A DNA stretch of 15,761 nt from a virus. The position numbers and the translations under genes were made by a program. Under the pieces are notes generated by a model that was not told the origin of the DNA, did not search any database, and worked only from the letters and a program-made list of their open reading frames with translations. The stretch lies in UHGV virus genome UHGV-0242293. One strand, 5' to 3'. How positions within the stretch are numbered: the stretch's first letter is position 1; each line of letters starts with the position of its first letter. Below are positions 7,647 to 15,268 of this stretch, piece after piece.

Positions 7647-9419
7647 ATGACCATCACCACAGACACCACTCTTTTACACGACCCGCGTCGTCAGGCGGCG
7701 CTGCTGTACTGGCAGGGGTTTTCCGTGCCGCAGATTGCCGCCATGTTGCAGATGAAACGCCCGACGGTGCAGAGCTGGAAACAGCGCGACGGCTGGGACA
7801 GCGTTGCCCCCATCAGCCGTGTCGAAATGAGTCTGGAAGCGCGGCTGACCCAGCTCATCATCAAACCGCAGAAAACCGGCGGTGACTTCAAGGAAATTGA
7901 CCTGCTGGGACGTCAGATTGAACGACTGGCACGGGTCAACCGCTACAGTCAGACCGGCAACGAGGCAGACCTTAATCCGAACGTCGCTAACCGCAACAAA
8001 GGCGGGCGTCGCAAACCGAAAAAGAATTTTTTCAGTGACGAGGCCATCGAAAAGCTGGAGCAGATTTTCTTTGAGCAGTCTTTCGAATATCAGTTGCACT
8101 GGTATCGCGCCGGGCTTGAGCACCGCATCCGCGATATCCTGAAATCCCGCCAGATTGGCGCGACGTTTTATTTTTCCCGCGAGGCGCTGCTGCGCGCCCT
8201 GAAAACCGGTCATAACCAGATTTTTCTGTCGGCCAGTAAAACGCAGGCGTATGTGTTCCGCGAATACATCATCGCCTTTGCCCGGCTGGTTGACGTTGAC
8301 CTGACCGGTGACCCGATTGTCCTGGGCAATAACGGCGCAAAACTGATTTTTCTCGGCACCAACTCCAACACCGCACAGAGCCATAACGGCGACCTGTACG
8401 TCGACGAGATTTTCTGGATCCCGAATTTTCAGGTACTGCGTAAGGTGGCATCAGGTATGGCCTCACAGAGTCACCTGCGCTCGACCTATTTCTCCACCCC
8501 GTCCACGCTGGCGCACGACGCCTACCCGTTCTGGTCGGGTGAACTGTTCAACCGGGGACGCGCCAGCGCCGCCGAACGCGTGGAAATCGACGTCAGTCAT
8601 AACGCCCTTGCCGGAGGTCTTCTCTGTGCGGACGGCCAGTGGCGGCAGATTGTCACCATTGAGGACGCCCTGAAAGGCGGCTGCACGCTGTTCGACATTG
8701 AGCAGCTCAAACGTGAAAACAGCGCCGACGATTTTAAAAACCTGTTCATGTGTGAATTTGTTGACGACAAGGCGTCGGTGTTCCCGTTCGAGGAGCTGCA
8801 ACGTTGCATGGTCGACACGCTGGAAGAATGGGAAGACTATGCGCCGTTTGCCGCAAATCCGTTCGGCTCCCGCCCGGTATGGATTGGTTACGACCCGTCA
8901 CACCGTGGCGACAGCGCCGGATGCGTGGTACTGGCACCGCCGGTGGTGGCCGGTGGCAAATTCAGAATACTTGAGCGTCACCAGTGGAAAGGCATGGACT
9001 TTGCCACCCAGGCGGAATCCATCCGCAAACTCACCGAAAAATATAACGTTGAATACATCGGGATTGATGCCACCGGCCTCGGTGTCGGCGTGTTCCAGCT
9101 CGTGCGCTCGTTCTATCCCGCCGCGCGCGATATCCGCTACACGCCGGAAATGAAAACCGCAATGGTGCTCAAGGCAAAAGACGTTATCCGCCGTGGCTGT
9201 CTGGAATATGACGTCAGCGCCACCGACATCACCAGCTCGTTTATGGCTATCCGCAAGACCATGACCAGCAGCGGACGCAGCGCCACCTATGAGGCCAGCC
9301 GCAGCGAGGAAGCCAGCCACGCCGATCTCGCCTGGGCGACTATGCACGCCCTGTTAAATGAGCCACTCACCGCCGGTATCAGCACCCCGCTGACATCCAC
9401 CATTCTGGAGTTTTACTGA
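7647..9419 (+). CDS. P: Terminase large (ATPase) subunit gpP
   Basis: Start at MTITTDTTLLHDPRRQAALLYWQGF (ATG 7647, SD ggcgagg upstream) gives 590 aa, matching P2 gpP; the track ORF starts 10 codons earlier. Confidence 0.92.
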   Translation: MTITTDTTLLHDPRRQAALLYWQGFSVPQIAAMLQMKRPTVQSWKQRDGWDSVAPISRVEMSLEARLTQLIIKPQKTGGDFKEIDLLGRQIERLARVNRYSQTGNEADLNPNVANRNKGGRRKPKKNFFSDEAIEKLEQIFFEQSFEYQLHWYRAGLEHRIRDILKSRQIGATFYFSREALLRALKTGHNQIFLSASKTQAYVFREYIIAFARLVDVDLTGDPIVLGNNGAKLIFLGTNSNTAQSHNGDLYVDEIFWIPNFQVLRKVASGMASQSHLRSTYFSTPSTLAHDAYPFWSGELFNRGRASAAERVEIDVSHNALAGGLLCADGQWRQIVTIEDALKGGCTLFDIEQLKRENSADDFKNLFMCEFVDDKASVFPFEELQRCMVDTLEEWEDYAPFAANPFGSRPVWIGYDPSHRGDSAGCVVLAPPVVAGGKFRILERHQWKGMDFATQAESIRKLTEKYNVEYIGIDATGLGVGVFQLVRSFYPAARDIRYTPEMKTAMVLKAKDVIRRGCLEYDVSATDITSSFMAIRKTMTSSGRSATYEASRSEEASHADLAWATMHALLNEPLTAGISTPLTSTILEFY

Positions 9420-10438
9420 TGAGTAAGAAAAAAGGGAAAACACCGCAGCCAGCGGTGAAAACAATGACTGCCAGCGCCCCGAAAATGGAGGCATTCACCT
9501 TTGGTGAGCCGGTGCCGGTACTCGACCGCCGTGATATTCTGGATTACGTCGAGTGCATCAGTAACGGCAGATGGTATGAGCCACCGGTCAGCTTTACCGG
9601 TCTGGCAAAAAGCCTGCGTGCTGCCGTGCATCACAGCTCACCGATTTACGTTAAACGCAATATTCTGGCTTCAACGTTTATCCCGCACCCGTGGCTGTCC
9701 CAGCAGGATTTCAGCCGCTTTGTGCTGGATTTTCTGGTGTTCGGTAATGCGTTTCTGGAAAAGCGTTACAGCACCACCGGTAAGGTCATCAGACTGGAAA
9801 CCTCACCGGCAAAATATACCCGCCGTGGCGTGGAGGAGGATGTTTACTGGTGGGTGCCGTCCTTCAACGAGCCGACAGCCTTCGCGCCCGGCTCCGTGTT
9901 TCACCTGCTGGAGCCGGATATCAATCAGGAGCTGTACGGCCTGCCGGAATATCTCAGCGCCCTTAACTCTGCCTGGCTGAATGAGTCGGCCACGCTGTTC
10001 CGCCGCAAGTATTACGAAAACGGCGCTCATGCCGGATACATCATGTATGTCACCGATGCCGTGCAGGATCGCAACGATATCGAAATGCTTCGCGAAAACA
10101 TGGTTAAGTCGAAAGGCCGCAACAACTTTAAAAACCTGTTTCTCTATGCCCCACAGGGGAAAGCCGACGGCATTAAAATTATCCCCCTCAGTGAAGTGGC
10201 GACGAAGGACGATTTTTTTAATATCAAAAAAGTCAGCGCCGCAGATCTCCTGGACGCACACCGCATCCCCTTTCAGTTGATGGGCGGTAAGCCGGAGAAT
10301 GTCGGGTCACTAGGAGATATTGAAAAAGTGGCAAAGGTCTTTGTCCGCAATGAACTCATTCCATTACAGGAGAGAATAAAGTCAATAAATGAATGGTTAG
10401 ATATGGAAGTAATAAAATTCCTTGATTATAACTTATAA
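9419..10438 (+). CDS. Q: Portal protein gpQ
   Basis: 339-aa ORF (MSKKKGKTPQPAVKTMTASAPKMEAFTFGEP...) matching P2 gpQ; start overlaps the P stop (TGATG). The last ~15-30 codons are AT-rich, suggesting the 3' end was remodelled by the adjacent insertion. Confidence 0.88.
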   Translation: MSKKKGKTPQPAVKTMTASAPKMEAFTFGEPVPVLDRRDILDYVECISNGRWYEPPVSFTGLAKSLRAAVHHSSPIYVKRNILASTFIPHPWLSQQDFSRFVLDFLVFGNAFLEKRYSTTGKVIRLETSPAKYTRRGVEEDVYWWVPSFNEPTAFAPGSVFHLLEPDINQELYGLPEYLSALNSAWLNESATLFRRKYYENGAHAGYIMYVTDAVQDRNDIEMLRENMVKSKGRNNFKNLFLYAPQGKADGIKIIPLSEVATKDDFFNIKKVSAADLLDAHRIPFQLMGGKPENVGSLGDIEKVAKVFVRNELIPLQERIKSINEWLDMEVIKFLDYNL

Positions 10439-10449
10439 GTAAATATATA

Positions 10450-10478
10450 AAGTTGGCGGAATGCAATCCCGCCAACTT
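10450..10478. terminator. Perfect 10-bp hairpin between convergent Q and the retron effector gene; candidate bidirectional terminator
   Basis: aagttggcgg-(9 nt loop)-ccgccaactt read directly from the sequence, lying between the Q stop (10438) and the minus-strand effector stop (10481), with A/T-rich flanks on both sides. Confidence 0.5.
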
Positions 10479-10480
10479 AA

Positions 10481-11188
10481 CTATATATACTTCCTTTTTA
10501 CTCTACTTAATTCTATCACTGATGAGGAGTGACAAAATGACAAATTAATAGTATCGATATAATCCAAAATTTGACTCTCAACCTCAATAAAAATATTTTT
10601 GGGCCCATTACTAATCGATATACCGATTTCATCCAAAACAGCCATCATTTTTCTCTGATGAGTTTTATATTTATAGTCTTTATTTTCCTCTGTAATATGT
10701 GCATTGGCTTCCTCAATAACACATTTGATTCTAGATATTATTTCTAGATAATCTCTCGAAACAGATATATCACCGCCTTGCGCTTCAGGGAACATAACCC
10801 TATACCATCTAAAAAAATTAACTTTCTCTGGATAGATGCTACTTCTTTTAGTTAACTCAGCACTTGCAAATTCTCTAAACATCGTCAGATGACTAGTGTA
10901 ATTACTATTATTATTATTTTTAACTCCAGCGTTATATGTCATCAAAGCAATCATAACACCAAAAACGGTAACAAAAGTTGTTATAAGCCATCCAAACGCC
11001 TGAAAATACATTACTATACCAGATGTTTTTTCCGCAAAAAATTTTAAGCACTGGCTATCGAAGCATATATCACGCTCATATAGCTTTTCATTCTGAATAG
11101 TTTCAAAAAGAGAAATTAGCGAAAAAATCAAAAAAAGAGCTGACGACACACCGACAATATATTTGAGAAGTCTAATATTTGCATTCAT
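10481..11188 (-). CDS. Retron-associated effector: two N-terminal transmembrane helices plus a ~150-aa soluble C-terminal domain of unknown function
   Basis: 235-aa ORF. Hydrophobic stretches LLKYIVGVSSALFLIFSLISLF and IVMYFQAFGWLITTFVTVFGVMIALMTY. Its ATG overlaps the RT stop as ATGA (11185-11188), indicating translational coupling. AT-rich, unlike the phage backbone. Confidence 0.75.
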   Translation of the reverse strand: MNANIRLLKYIVGVSSALFLIFSLISLFETIQNEKLYERDICFDSQCLKFFAEKTSGIVMYFQAFGWLITTFVTVFGVMIALMTYNAGVKNNNNSNYTSHLTMFREFASAELTKRSSIYPEKVNFFRWYRVMFPEAQGGDISVSRDYLEIISRIKCVIEEANAHITEENKDYKYKTHQRKMMAVLDEIGISISNGPKNIFIEVESQILDYIDTINLSFCHSSSVIELSRVKRKYI

Positions 11189-12375
11189 AATGGTTTTAAA
11201 GATGCCAATCTAGATTTAAAACACTCCAGTTTTTCTTTAAATGATTCAGAGCGAGTAAGAATAATCATCTTATATTTCGTCAAATCATATTTTCTTTTAT
11301 ACCAATGTTTATTTTGATTACCTTTCGAATACGACAACTCTAAACTTTTTATAGCTGCATCAATCACAGCAACATCTCTTTTAGATGGCATCGGTTTTAT
11401 TGCCTGCAACTGTTTCTTGAATGATTCATATTTTTCATGCGCAACACGGCCAAGCTTATTCACTCTCCCCATACATCTATTGAATTCTTTTCTGTATGCA
11501 ACACTTGTTTTTGTGTTATTTTTTGCCGCCAGTAATTTCAAATTATGTATAGATGCCCTGATTCTTTTGACTTCATCGGATGGTAGTCGAGGTGAGTCAT
11601 AGTCAACTCTTAAACCATGTACTTTTATAGGTTCAGATGAACAGTGAAATATTTTAGTTTTGCGCTTATTTATCGGCAAGTCATGCTCAGAAAGCATCCT
11701 CTCTATATGGCTTTGCATTTGAGAAAAATCATAATTACTTATTTTAGATGACACGGTAATATCATCTACCAAACGCGTATAAACAAGTCCTTTCCTCTGC
11801 GCACGTCTTACCACATCCCCTTCAACAGCGAATAAACACAAAGTTGCTATATAGCTTGATGTTAAGGCCCCCTGTACGACAAAATCATCCTTAGTACATA
11901 TATCCACCAAGTATTCAAGAGCCTCATCCTTAATATGCAATATCTCCTCAAACACGCTCCTAACCAGATCTCTATGGATATTATCGAAAAAATTACTTAT
12001 ATCCACCTTGAGAACTGTTTTTGCTCCACAATGAGCCTTTGCACATGAAACATAGTCACGTTTGACATTAGAATTTAAAACATCATTTTTACTGGGAACT
12101 GAACCAAACAAAAATGAAGGAAAAACAACCAATTCCTTAAAGATACGTTTATTAATTCTACTCTGTAATAATCTCATTTTAGGATGCAGGGAGTAGACAA
12201 TCCGTTTGCTTCCGTCAATTTTGGGAATTTCTTTTAGAGTATATTTCTCATCTAATGGTAATTCTGCAATAGCTTTAAGCTCTTCAACAGAAATCGATAA
12301 AGCCTTTGACAACTTTTCAAGTGTTGTGATAGGAGCATTGGATTTGCTGTATGGTTTAAATTTATCCATAAACAT
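11185..12375 (-). CDS. Retron-type reverse transcriptase
   Basis: RT motifs in the translation: LKVDISNFFDNI (motif A), QGALTSSYIATLCLF (motif B), YTRLVDDITV (YxDD active site), NKRKTKIF, then KVHGLRV where retron RTs have the VTG signature. Block-by-block similarity to retron Ec86 RT from memory. Start is uncertain: 12375 or 12369 is favoured by alignment, but 12411 and 12459 are in frame. Confidence 0.85.
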   Translation of the reverse strand: MFMDKFKPYSKSNAPITTLEKLSKALSISVEELKAIAELPLDEKYTLKEIPKIDGSKRIVYSLHPKMRLLQSRINKRIFKELVVFPSFLFGSVPSKNDVLNSNVKRDYVSCAKAHCGAKTVLKVDISNFFDNIHRDLVRSVFEEILHIKDEALEYLVDICTKDDFVVQGALTSSYIATLCLFAVEGDVVRRAQRKGLVYTRLVDDITVSSKISNYDFSQMQSHIERMLSEHDLPINKRKTKIFHCSSEPIKVHGLRVDYDSPRLPSDEVKRIRASIHNLKLLAAKNNTKTSVAYRKEFNRCMGRVNKLGRVAHEKYESFKKQLQAIKPMPSKRDVAVIDAAIKSLELSYSKGNQNKHWYKRKYDLTKYKMIILTRSESFKEKLECFKSRLASLKPL

Positions 12376-12443
12376 ACCATTCAAATTCAAAGTTACGTAC
12401 GGTCTTCCCATACTCAAGGGTGGAACAGCAGAGATGCTTACAT

Positions 12444-12593
12444 CAACAATTGTCAGCAACAGCCTCTGCTATCTTTCGACCGTACGTAATGTCGTCGGCT
12501 ACGGCACCATCGTAGTTGACGACGGTGGGGCCTCGCTGATAGGTCCATAGTGGACGCTTTTTTGTAAAAGCAAAAACTGACAATTTAATGTTG
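12444..12593 (-). ncRNA. Candidate retron msr-msd non-coding RNA
   Basis: Immediately upstream of the RT on the same strand. An interrupted inverted repeat (minus strand caacaTTAAattgtcag at 12577-12593, and ctgacaattgttg at 12444-12456) brackets ~120 nt. Inside are stem-loops gcttttacaaaaaagc, gtccactatggac, and a longer imperfect hairpin gtcgtcaactacg/cgtagccgacgac. Boundaries and the branching G are not determined. Confidence 0.4.
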
Positions 12594-12646
12594 TTGACTG
12601 CCGCATACCAAGCGAATCGCTGGTGCGCTAAGAATAATGCAACAAA

Positions 12647-12676
12647 AAAATAAGAATTTCAACCGGGTAACTGCAA
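12647..12676 (-). promoter_or_regulatory. Candidate sigma70 promoter for the retron ncRNA-RT-effector operon
   Basis: On the minus strand: TTGCAG (12676-12671), an 18-nt spacer, then TATTTT (12652-12647), about 50 nt upstream of the proposed a1 repeat. Confidence 0.35.
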
Positions 12677-12700
12677 GCCAGCGACATCGTTTAGCGCGCA

Positions 12701-12719
12701 GTGCTTTCCCCGCCTCGCC
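12701..12719. other. P2-type cos site (19-nt cohesive end)
   Basis: The minus strand reads GGCGAGGCGGGGAAAGCAC, which is the P2 cohesive-end sequence as I recall it, followed by TGCGCGCT. It lies between the terminase/portal genes and the tin/old-equivalent locus, as expected. Confidence 0.8.
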
Positions 12720-12742
12720 CGCCCGCTTCATGGGGCGGTTTT
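12719..12742 (+). terminator. GC-rich hairpin plus T-tract next to cos; possible intrinsic terminator
   Basis: ccgccc-(8 nt)-gggcgg followed by tttt on the plus strand. It abuts the cos core, so it may instead be part of the packaging site. Confidence 0.3.
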
Positions 12743-12925
12743 AATGCAGTAGCATGACCACTCAACTAGCGCGCCAGTCCTGATGTCGCCAGGCAGTTAT
12801 TGTTCTCTGACTTGCGTGCGCTTCGATGCAGAGTAATGCACTTCCTGAATTGCTCGCATTCGCATCGTTATCATGATAGAAAACAGGTAGTTATTTGTGC
12901 GCAACTTAAGAAGAAATCACTAATT

Positions 12926-14470
12926 ATGAAAAAGATTTATGAATTAACTACTGGTAGAGCGCTTAAGTATTTTCTGCAGCATGATTCATACACTACTCTG
13001 GAGCTACCCAGTTATGTCGATTTTTCTTCCTTGCTTGAAGAAATCAACTCCGCGATAGATGAAGGTAAAATCAACTTCCAACCTGACTCCAAGTCATTGA
13101 TGGGGAAGAATATAAATTACGAGGTTTTAGTCAGCAAAGATGGCTTATATAGCTGGCGACGAATAACACTAATTAATCCTCTGTACTACGTGTATTTTTG
13201 TAAACTTATTACATCCCCTTCCAACTGGAAGGCTATAAAGAATAAATTTAGAGAGTTTGAGTCTAATGATCTTTTTTTATGCTCAAGTACCCCAGTGAGC
13301 AAAAAGAACACCTCAAACGTAGCTGCATCTGTTTTAAACTGGTGGGAAGATTTTGAACAAAAAAGTCTTTCATTGGCTCTTGAGTATGAGTTCATGTTCA
13401 GCACAGATATTTCAAACTTCTACCCTTCTATTTACACTCATAGCTTTGAATGGGTATTCATCTCAAAAGAAGAGGCCAAAAAGAAAGAAAATAACAATAA
13501 CCCAGGACGATTGATTGACACTCATATCCAGATGATGATGAGTAATCAGACAAACGGAATACCATTGGGTAGTACGTTGATGGATACATTTGCCGAATTA
13601 ATTTTAGGCGAAATTGATTTACAGCTAAGAAAAAAAACTGAAGAGCAAAAAATAACGGATTACAAAGTAGTTCGCTACAGAGATGATTATCGAATATTTT
13701 CAAGCAGTAAAGATGATTTGGACAAAATCTCAAAGTGTTTGGTTGAGGTCTTAGGTGAGTTTGGGCTTGATTTAAACTCAAGAAAAACAGAACTACATGA
13801 CGACATCATTCTTCACTCTCTTAAATCAGCAAAAAAAGAATATATTATAGAAAGGTCGTTCAACTCCCTACAGAAAATGTTGTATGCAATATATTTATTT
13901 TCTTTAAAACATCAAAACTCCAAAATTACAGTTAGATATTTAAATGATTTCTTGCGAAAATTATTTAGGAAGAAAAAGATCACAAATAGTGGGCATCAAC
14001 TAGATGCAATGCTTGGAATTATTTCAAGCATCATGGCTAAAAACCCAACCACCTACCCAGTGGGAATGGCTATTTTCGCAAAACTCTTGACCTTCCTTTA
14101 TGACGACGATGAACTCAAATTTGGCAAGTTACAACAACTTCATTGTAAACTAGGTAAACAACCAAATACTGAAATGTTAGATATTTGGTTTCAACGAGTT
14201 CAAGGGAAGATACACACACAATGGGAAGGCGATTACAAAACAGCCCTATGTCAACGCATAAATGATGAACTCAAGGGAAAAAAAACATTTACCATTGATG
14301 GCCTGTGGGATGTAGAGTGGATTCCGGGCTCAGCCAAAAGTAAAAACAAACAGAAAATACTATCAATTTTGAAAAAAACAAAAATTGTGGATTTAGATGC
14401 ATTCGAAGAAATGGATAATGATATTACACCAGAAGAAGTGAACTTATTCGACAAGGAACACAGCGCTTAA
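12926..14470 (+). CDS. Abi-like reverse transcriptase (proposed Abi-P2 / UG-Abi class) with a C-terminal alpha-helical domain
   Basis: 514-aa product from the ATG at 12926 (the track ORF begins in GC-rich cos-proximal DNA at 12800). RT motifs FSTDISNFYPSIYTH, GIPLGSTLMDTFAELIL, VVRYRDDYRIF (YxDD), GLDLNSRKTEL; the C-terminal ~200 aa lacks RT motifs. No VTG motif, and no obvious structured ncRNA or partner gene. It sits where P2 carries tin/old, where Abi-P2 RTs have been reported. Confidence 0.8.
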   Translation: MKKIYELTTGRALKYFLQHDSYTTLELPSYVDFSSLLEEINSAIDEGKINFQPDSKSLMGKNINYEVLVSKDGLYSWRRITLINPLYYVYFCKLITSPSNWKAIKNKFREFESNDLFLCSSTPVSKKNTSNVAASVLNWWEDFEQKSLSLALEYEFMFSTDISNFYPSIYTHSFEWVFISKEEAKKKENNNNPGRLIDTHIQMMMSNQTNGIPLGSTLMDTFAELILGEIDLQLRKKTEEQKITDYKVVRYRDDYRIFSSSKDDLDKISKCLVEVLGEFGLDLNSRKTELHDDIILHSLKSAKKEYIIERSFNSLQKMLYAIYLFSLKHQNSKITVRYLNDFLRKLFRKKKITNSGHQLDAMLGIISSIMAKNPTTYPVGMAIFAKLLTFLYDDDELKFGKLQQLHCKLGKQPNTEMLDIWFQRVQGKIHTQWEGDYKTALCQRINDELKGKKTFTIDGLWDVEWIPGSAKSKNKQKILSILKKTKIVDLDAFEEMDNDITPEEVNLFDKEHSA

Positions 14471-14569
14471 CGAAACAATGTTATTAACTCAACATGACTT
14501 CGTTAAGCATTAAAGCGAACAGTCATATGAAATTTCGACATCCCTAACGCCTCGCAAGCTCGTTGTTCA

Positions 14570-14614
14570 CCCCCGCCAGCACTGAAAGCGAGTTTCAGCG
14601 TCGACGGGGTTTTC
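14570..14614 (+). terminator. Candidate intrinsic terminator downstream of the Abi-like RT
   Basis: Imperfect GC-based hairpin (ccccg...ctgaaa-gcgag-tttcag...cgggg) followed by ttttc, about 100 nt after the RT stop. Confidence 0.4.
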
Positions 14615-14635
14615 TATGGTCAACGTGGTGACAGA

Positions 14636-14854
14636 TTATGGGCACGCGTGAAGGTAGAAATATGGACGGTTGGGATTATTGATTTCTCCCATACGGCTGC
14701 AGTTATCACTGACGATCTCAGTCCCTCCGACCAACTCGTAGAGGGTCAGATTCTCTTTGACCATAATTTGTAAACAATAGCCATCAGCCGCAGACTCTTG
14801 CACGAGTACAATGGCGGAACCGGACGCATAGCTAGTAATGTATGCATTAGTCAT
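14636..14854 (-). CDS. Hypothetical small protein (~72 aa)
   Basis: ORF 14636..14896; the internal ATG at 14854 has a GGAAG Shine-Dalgarno 9 nt upstream. Balanced amino-acid composition and ~50% GC. No family recognised. Confidence 0.35.
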   Translation of the reverse strand: MTNAYITSYASGSAIVLVQESAADGYCLQIMVKENLTLYELVGGTEIVSDNCSRMGEINNPNRPYFYLHACP

Positions 14855-14957
14855 AATGACATGCTTCCAAAGCAAGATCGCCACGCAGTTCCGCATGATC
14901 CATCAGTTGCTGATACCAACCATCAAATGGAAGCAAAATCAACCATTTCAATCATTT

Positions 14958-15119
14958 TTATATGTTTGTTGAGAATCCCGGCCACTCATCAGCGACCGGA
15001 TACGTGAATTTTTCCCCGTCATAATTTACGGTCGCGCCACGCGCCAGCGCCTCAAGCTCCCATCGCTGTGGCCTGATACCGTTCTGAGCAAGGTCAACGC
15101 GGATACGGGTAATTTGCAT
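14958..15119 (-). CDS. Hypothetical small protein (53 aa), not in the ORF track (below 60 aa)
   Basis: Hand translation of the minus strand: MQITRIRVDLAQNGIRPQRWELEALARGATVNYDGEKFTYPVADEWPGFSTNI. Lies 61 nt upstream of the previous ORF on the same strand. No family recognised. Confidence 0.3.
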   Translation of the reverse strand: MQITRIRVDLAQNGIRPQRWELEALARGATVNYDGEKFTYPVADEWPGFSTNI

Positions 15120-15188
15120 TCGTTCCGACCGGGTCAGTCTGGCCGATGGCGCTATTTCATGCGGTTTTAACGGGCTTCCGTTTCTTTG

Positions 15189-15208
15189 CTGACATCGTGT
15201 TATGTCAG
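15189..15208. promoter_or_regulatory. Perfect 7-bp inverted repeat with a 6-bp spacer; candidate operator in a divergent intergenic region
   Basis: CTGACAT-cgtgtt-ATGTCAG read directly, about 70 nt upstream of the minus-strand 53-aa ORF and about 60 nt upstream of the plus-strand ORF at 15269. Confidence 0.3.
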
Positions 15209-15268
15209 TTTACTGGATACAGGGCAAGTGAATGCCCCTTTCCATGAATTAGATTAAAGGCTTGCAAA

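Noticed and set aside
12206-12550. ORF 12206..12550 (+), 114 aa
   Set aside because: Antisense to the RT 5' end and the proposed ncRNA, with no ribosome-binding site and an odd composition.
12800-12925. 5' extension of the Abi-like RT ORF back to 12800
   Set aside because: The extension is GC-rich cos-proximal sequence with an improbable peptide (MFSDLRALRCRVMHFLNCSHSH...). The ATG at 12926 coincides with the switch to AT-rich coding composition.
13620-14300. Homopolymeric A tracts (A8-A9) inside the Abi-like RT as phase-variation switches
   Set aside because: Such runs are expected in AT-rich, Lys-rich coding sequence, and there is no evidence of length variation from a single sequence.
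14798-15007. ORF 14798..15007 (+), 69 aa
   Set aside because: Overlaps the two minus-strand small ORFs, which have better start contexts. Retained only as an alternative if those prove non-coding.
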